32,000 nucleotides of DNA from Mycolicibacterium smegmatis. Lineage in GTDB: Bacteria; Actinomycetota; Actinomycetes; Mycobacteriales; Mycobacteriaceae. The notes under the pieces are model-generated. The model had not been told where the DNA came from, searched no databases, and saw only the letters and a list, made by a program, of their open reading frames with translations. The translations under genes and the position numbers were made by a program. The stretch is taken from contig NZ_LN831039.1 of the NCBI RefSeq assembly GCF_001457595.1, positions 1,680,001 through 1,712,000 on the forward strand, read 5' to 3'. Shown here in pieces: positions 30,188 to 32,000 of this stretch (the stretch's first letter is position 1; each line of letters begins with the position of its first letter).

Positions 30188-30886
30188 TCAGTCCACGAGC
30201 ACACAGTCGCCGCAGTATCCGCCGCCGGGCACCTGATAGAACAGGCAACAGTTCCGGCGGCGGAACCGGCCGTCGGTGACCTCGGCGGTGCCGAGCAACG
30301 GCTCGGCCGCGATCATGTCTCGCACGAGTGCGCGGCCGAAACCCTCGGCGCCGGGTCGGTTCTGGGCGAGCACCGTCACCGCACCGTTGGCGGCCGACGC
30401 GATGTTGCCCCACATCACCTGCGGTGGCAGCGAAACCGCCTGCTGCATGGCCGTGTTCAGCAGACGTAGGACGCCGTCGACCAGCGTCGCGGTGATCTCG
30501 GCGGCCGCCGAGCCCGCGTCGGGCACGGGTGACCACTCGACGCGGGAAACGCCCAACGCCGGCCGGTGCGACGAATCGTCGTGCCAGAACACCGAATCCG
30601 GTGTCAGCGACGGTACAGCGGACAGGCACGCCGCCGCGCCGACGGCGGGGGAGAGCAGGCGCGACACGATCGACAGGTGCAGCGACGATGCCGCGGCCCT
30701 GACCGGGACATCGTCGACGCCGATGCCGAACCCGGTCGCGGTCGCCGCACGCATGCGCGACGTGTACTCGCGCAGGATCGCGGCGTCGCCGCACAACGTG
30801 TCCACGGGTCGCCACGAACCACCCGCGACGGGCAGAGCGAAGAACTCACCCAACGCCGCAAGCGCACCCAGATTCCGATTCTCCAT
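30188..30886 (-). CDS. FhuF-C-terminal-like (2Fe-2S)-binding protein
   Basis: MENRNLGALAALGEFFALPVAGGSWRPVD...FRRRNCCLFYQVPGGGYCGDCVLVD; C-C-x10-C-x2-C cluster motif at the C-terminus. Start could be GTG 30895. Confidence 0.8.
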   Translation of the reverse strand: MENRNLGALAALGEFFALPVAGGSWRPVDTLCGDAAILREYTSRMRAATATGFGIGVDDVPVRAAASSLHLSIVSRLLSPAVGAAACLSAVPSLTPDSVFWHDDSSHRPALGVSRVEWSPVPDAGSAAAEITATLVDGVLRLLNTAMQQAVSLPPQVMWGNIASAANGAVTVLAQNRPGAEGFGRALVRDMIAAEPLLGTAEVTDGRFRRRNCCLFYQVPGGGYCGDCVLVD

Positions 30887-30945
30887 TGTGGGCACACGGT
30901 AATCGGTGGATCGATACAGTGCGCACGCCCGCCTTGACCTGCGAC

Positions 30946-30961
30946 GCAACGCTCGTGCAAC
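30946..30961 (+). promoter_or_regulatory. Tandem GCAAC motif upstream of diol dehydratase genes
   Basis: GCAAC-GCTCGT-GCAAC; 13 of 16 positions identical to 28020-28035. Confidence 0.45.
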
Positions 30962-31040
30962 GTGAGCCAGAGCACAATTGGTACTTGCGTAAGAGAACAC
31001 GCCTGGGCGAGTGATCGCCCCGCATCAGTTGGGAGCTTGC

Positions 31041-31469
31041 ATGTCAGAACCCGTCCTCGATCCCGCGGTCGACTACCCGCTGAGCCTCAACCGCAAGGAC
31101 CTGCTCACCACGCCCAACGGCAAGCCGATCGATGCCATCACGATGGACGCCGTGATGTCGGGCGAGGTGTCCGCGTCGGATCTGCGCATCACTCCGGAGA
31201 CCCTGCGGTTGCAGGCCCAGATCGCCGAGGGGGTGGGGCGCAAACAGCTCGGCGCCAACCTGCGCCGCGCTGCGGAGATGACCGCCATCAGCGACGAGCG
31301 CGTGCTGCAGATCTACAACGCGCTGCGCCCCAACGCCTCGACCAAGGCCGAACTCGACGCGATCGCCGAGGAGTTGGAGACCCAGTACGGAGCGACGATG
31401 CTGGCCGGCCTCGTCCGCGAGGCCGCCGACGTCTACGAGCGCCGCGACATCCTGGCCACCAGCGAATAG
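31041..31469 (+). CDS. B12-dependent diol/glycerol dehydratase small subunit (PduE-like)
   Basis: MSEPVLDPAVDYPLSLNRKDLLTTPNGKPIDAITMDAVMSGEVSASDLRITPETLRLQAQIAEGVGRKQLGANLRRAAEMTAISDERVLQIYNALRP. Confidence 0.95.
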   Translation: MSEPVLDPAVDYPLSLNRKDLLTTPNGKPIDAITMDAVMSGEVSASDLRITPETLRLQAQIAEGVGRKQLGANLRRAAEMTAISDERVLQIYNALRPNASTKAELDAIAEELETQYGATMLAGLVREAADVYERRDILATSE

Positions 31470-31478
31470 GAGACACCT

Positions 31479-32000
31479 GTGACGACAGCCAGAAATCTGG
31501 GCACCGAGGCCAAGCGCCAGTCGGAACGCACCAAGCTCCTGGAGGAGCGCCCGGTCAACCTCGACGGCTTCGTCCAGGAGTGGCCCGAGGTCGGCATGGT
31601 CGCGATGGACAGCGCGTTCGACCCCGAACCCAGTGTGCGGGTGGAGAACGGCGTGATCGTGGAGATGGACGGCCGCGCCCGCGCCGACTTCGACTTCATC
31701 GACCAGTTCATCGCCGACCACGCCATCGATGTGGCCACCACCGAGCAGTCGATGGCTCTGCCGGCCGTCGAGATCGCGCGCATGCTGGTGGATCCGCGCG
31801 TGACCCGCGACGAGGTGATCGCGGTGACCGGCGGGCTGACCCCGGCCAAGCTGCTGGAGGTCGCCAAGAACCTCAACATCGTCGAGATCATGATGGGCAT
31901 CCAGAAGATGCGGGCCCGTCGCACCCCGGCGAACCAGGCACACTGCACCAGCGCCCGTGACAATCCGCTGCAGGTCGCGTGTGAGGCCGCCGAGGCGTCG
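31479..32000 (+). CDS. B12-dependent diol/glycerol dehydratase large subunit, N-terminal part (runs off the right edge)
   Basis: Manual translation from GTG 31479: MTTARNLGTEAKRQSERTKLLEERPVNLDGFVQEWPEVGMVAMDSAFDPEPSV...VEIMMGIQKMRARRTPANQAHCTSARDNPLQVACEAAEAS; the QKMRARRTPxxQAH block is characteristic of PduC/DhaB. Confidence 0.95.
   Translation, partial: MTTARNLGTEAKRQSERTKLLEERPVNLDGFVQEWPEVGMVAMDSAFDPEPSVRVENGVIVEMDGRARADFDFIDQFIADHAIDVATTEQSMALPAVEIARMLVDPRVTRDEVIAVTGGLTPAKLLEVAKNLNIVEIMMGIQKMRARRTPANQAHCTSARDNPLQVACEAAEAS

Noticed and set aside
30962-31960. 332-aa plus-strand ORF over the diol dehydratase genes
   Set aside because: Wrong frame relative to the two clear dehydratase subunits; R/H/P-rich product.

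Overview
High-GC actinobacterial chromosome segment. Gene content (alpha ribosomal operon followed by truA, cutinases and an ESX-4 locus) points to a fast-growing Mycobacterium/Mycolicibacterium; this is an inference from content, as no database search was possible. From left to right: (i) a partial LLM-class (F420-type) oxidoreductase; (ii) a cNMP-binding-domain histidine kinase in an operon with a response-regulator/thioredoxin-reductase-like fusion; (iii) an SPFH/flotillin protein with an NfeD-like partner; (iv) infA-rpmJ-rpsM-rpsK-rpsD-rpoA-rplQ-truA; (v) an EamA exporter tightly followed by three cutinase-family genes, divergent from a CGNR-type regulator; (vi) an ABM-domain protein; (vii) a complete ESX-4 type VII secretion locus (eccB4, mycP4, eccD4, eccC4, secretion-associated protein, esxU, esxT); (viii) a DEAD-box RNA helicase; (ix) a catabolic cluster with a GAF-domain regulator, aldehyde dehydrogenase, GlcG/PduO-C-like protein, FhuF-C-like Fe-S protein and B12-dependent diol dehydratase small and (truncated) large subunits. 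Most coding content is recognisable. The most interesting signals are noncoding: a duplicated 30-bp operator-like palindrome in the EamA/CGNR divergent region; a shared GCAAC-N6-GCAAC tandem motif upstream of both aldehyde dehydrogenase and diol dehydratase; two GGAAC-N17-CGTCC (SigM-like) promoters in front of eccC4 and esxU; and long perfect inverted repeats between aldH and glcG-like and between esxT and the helicase.
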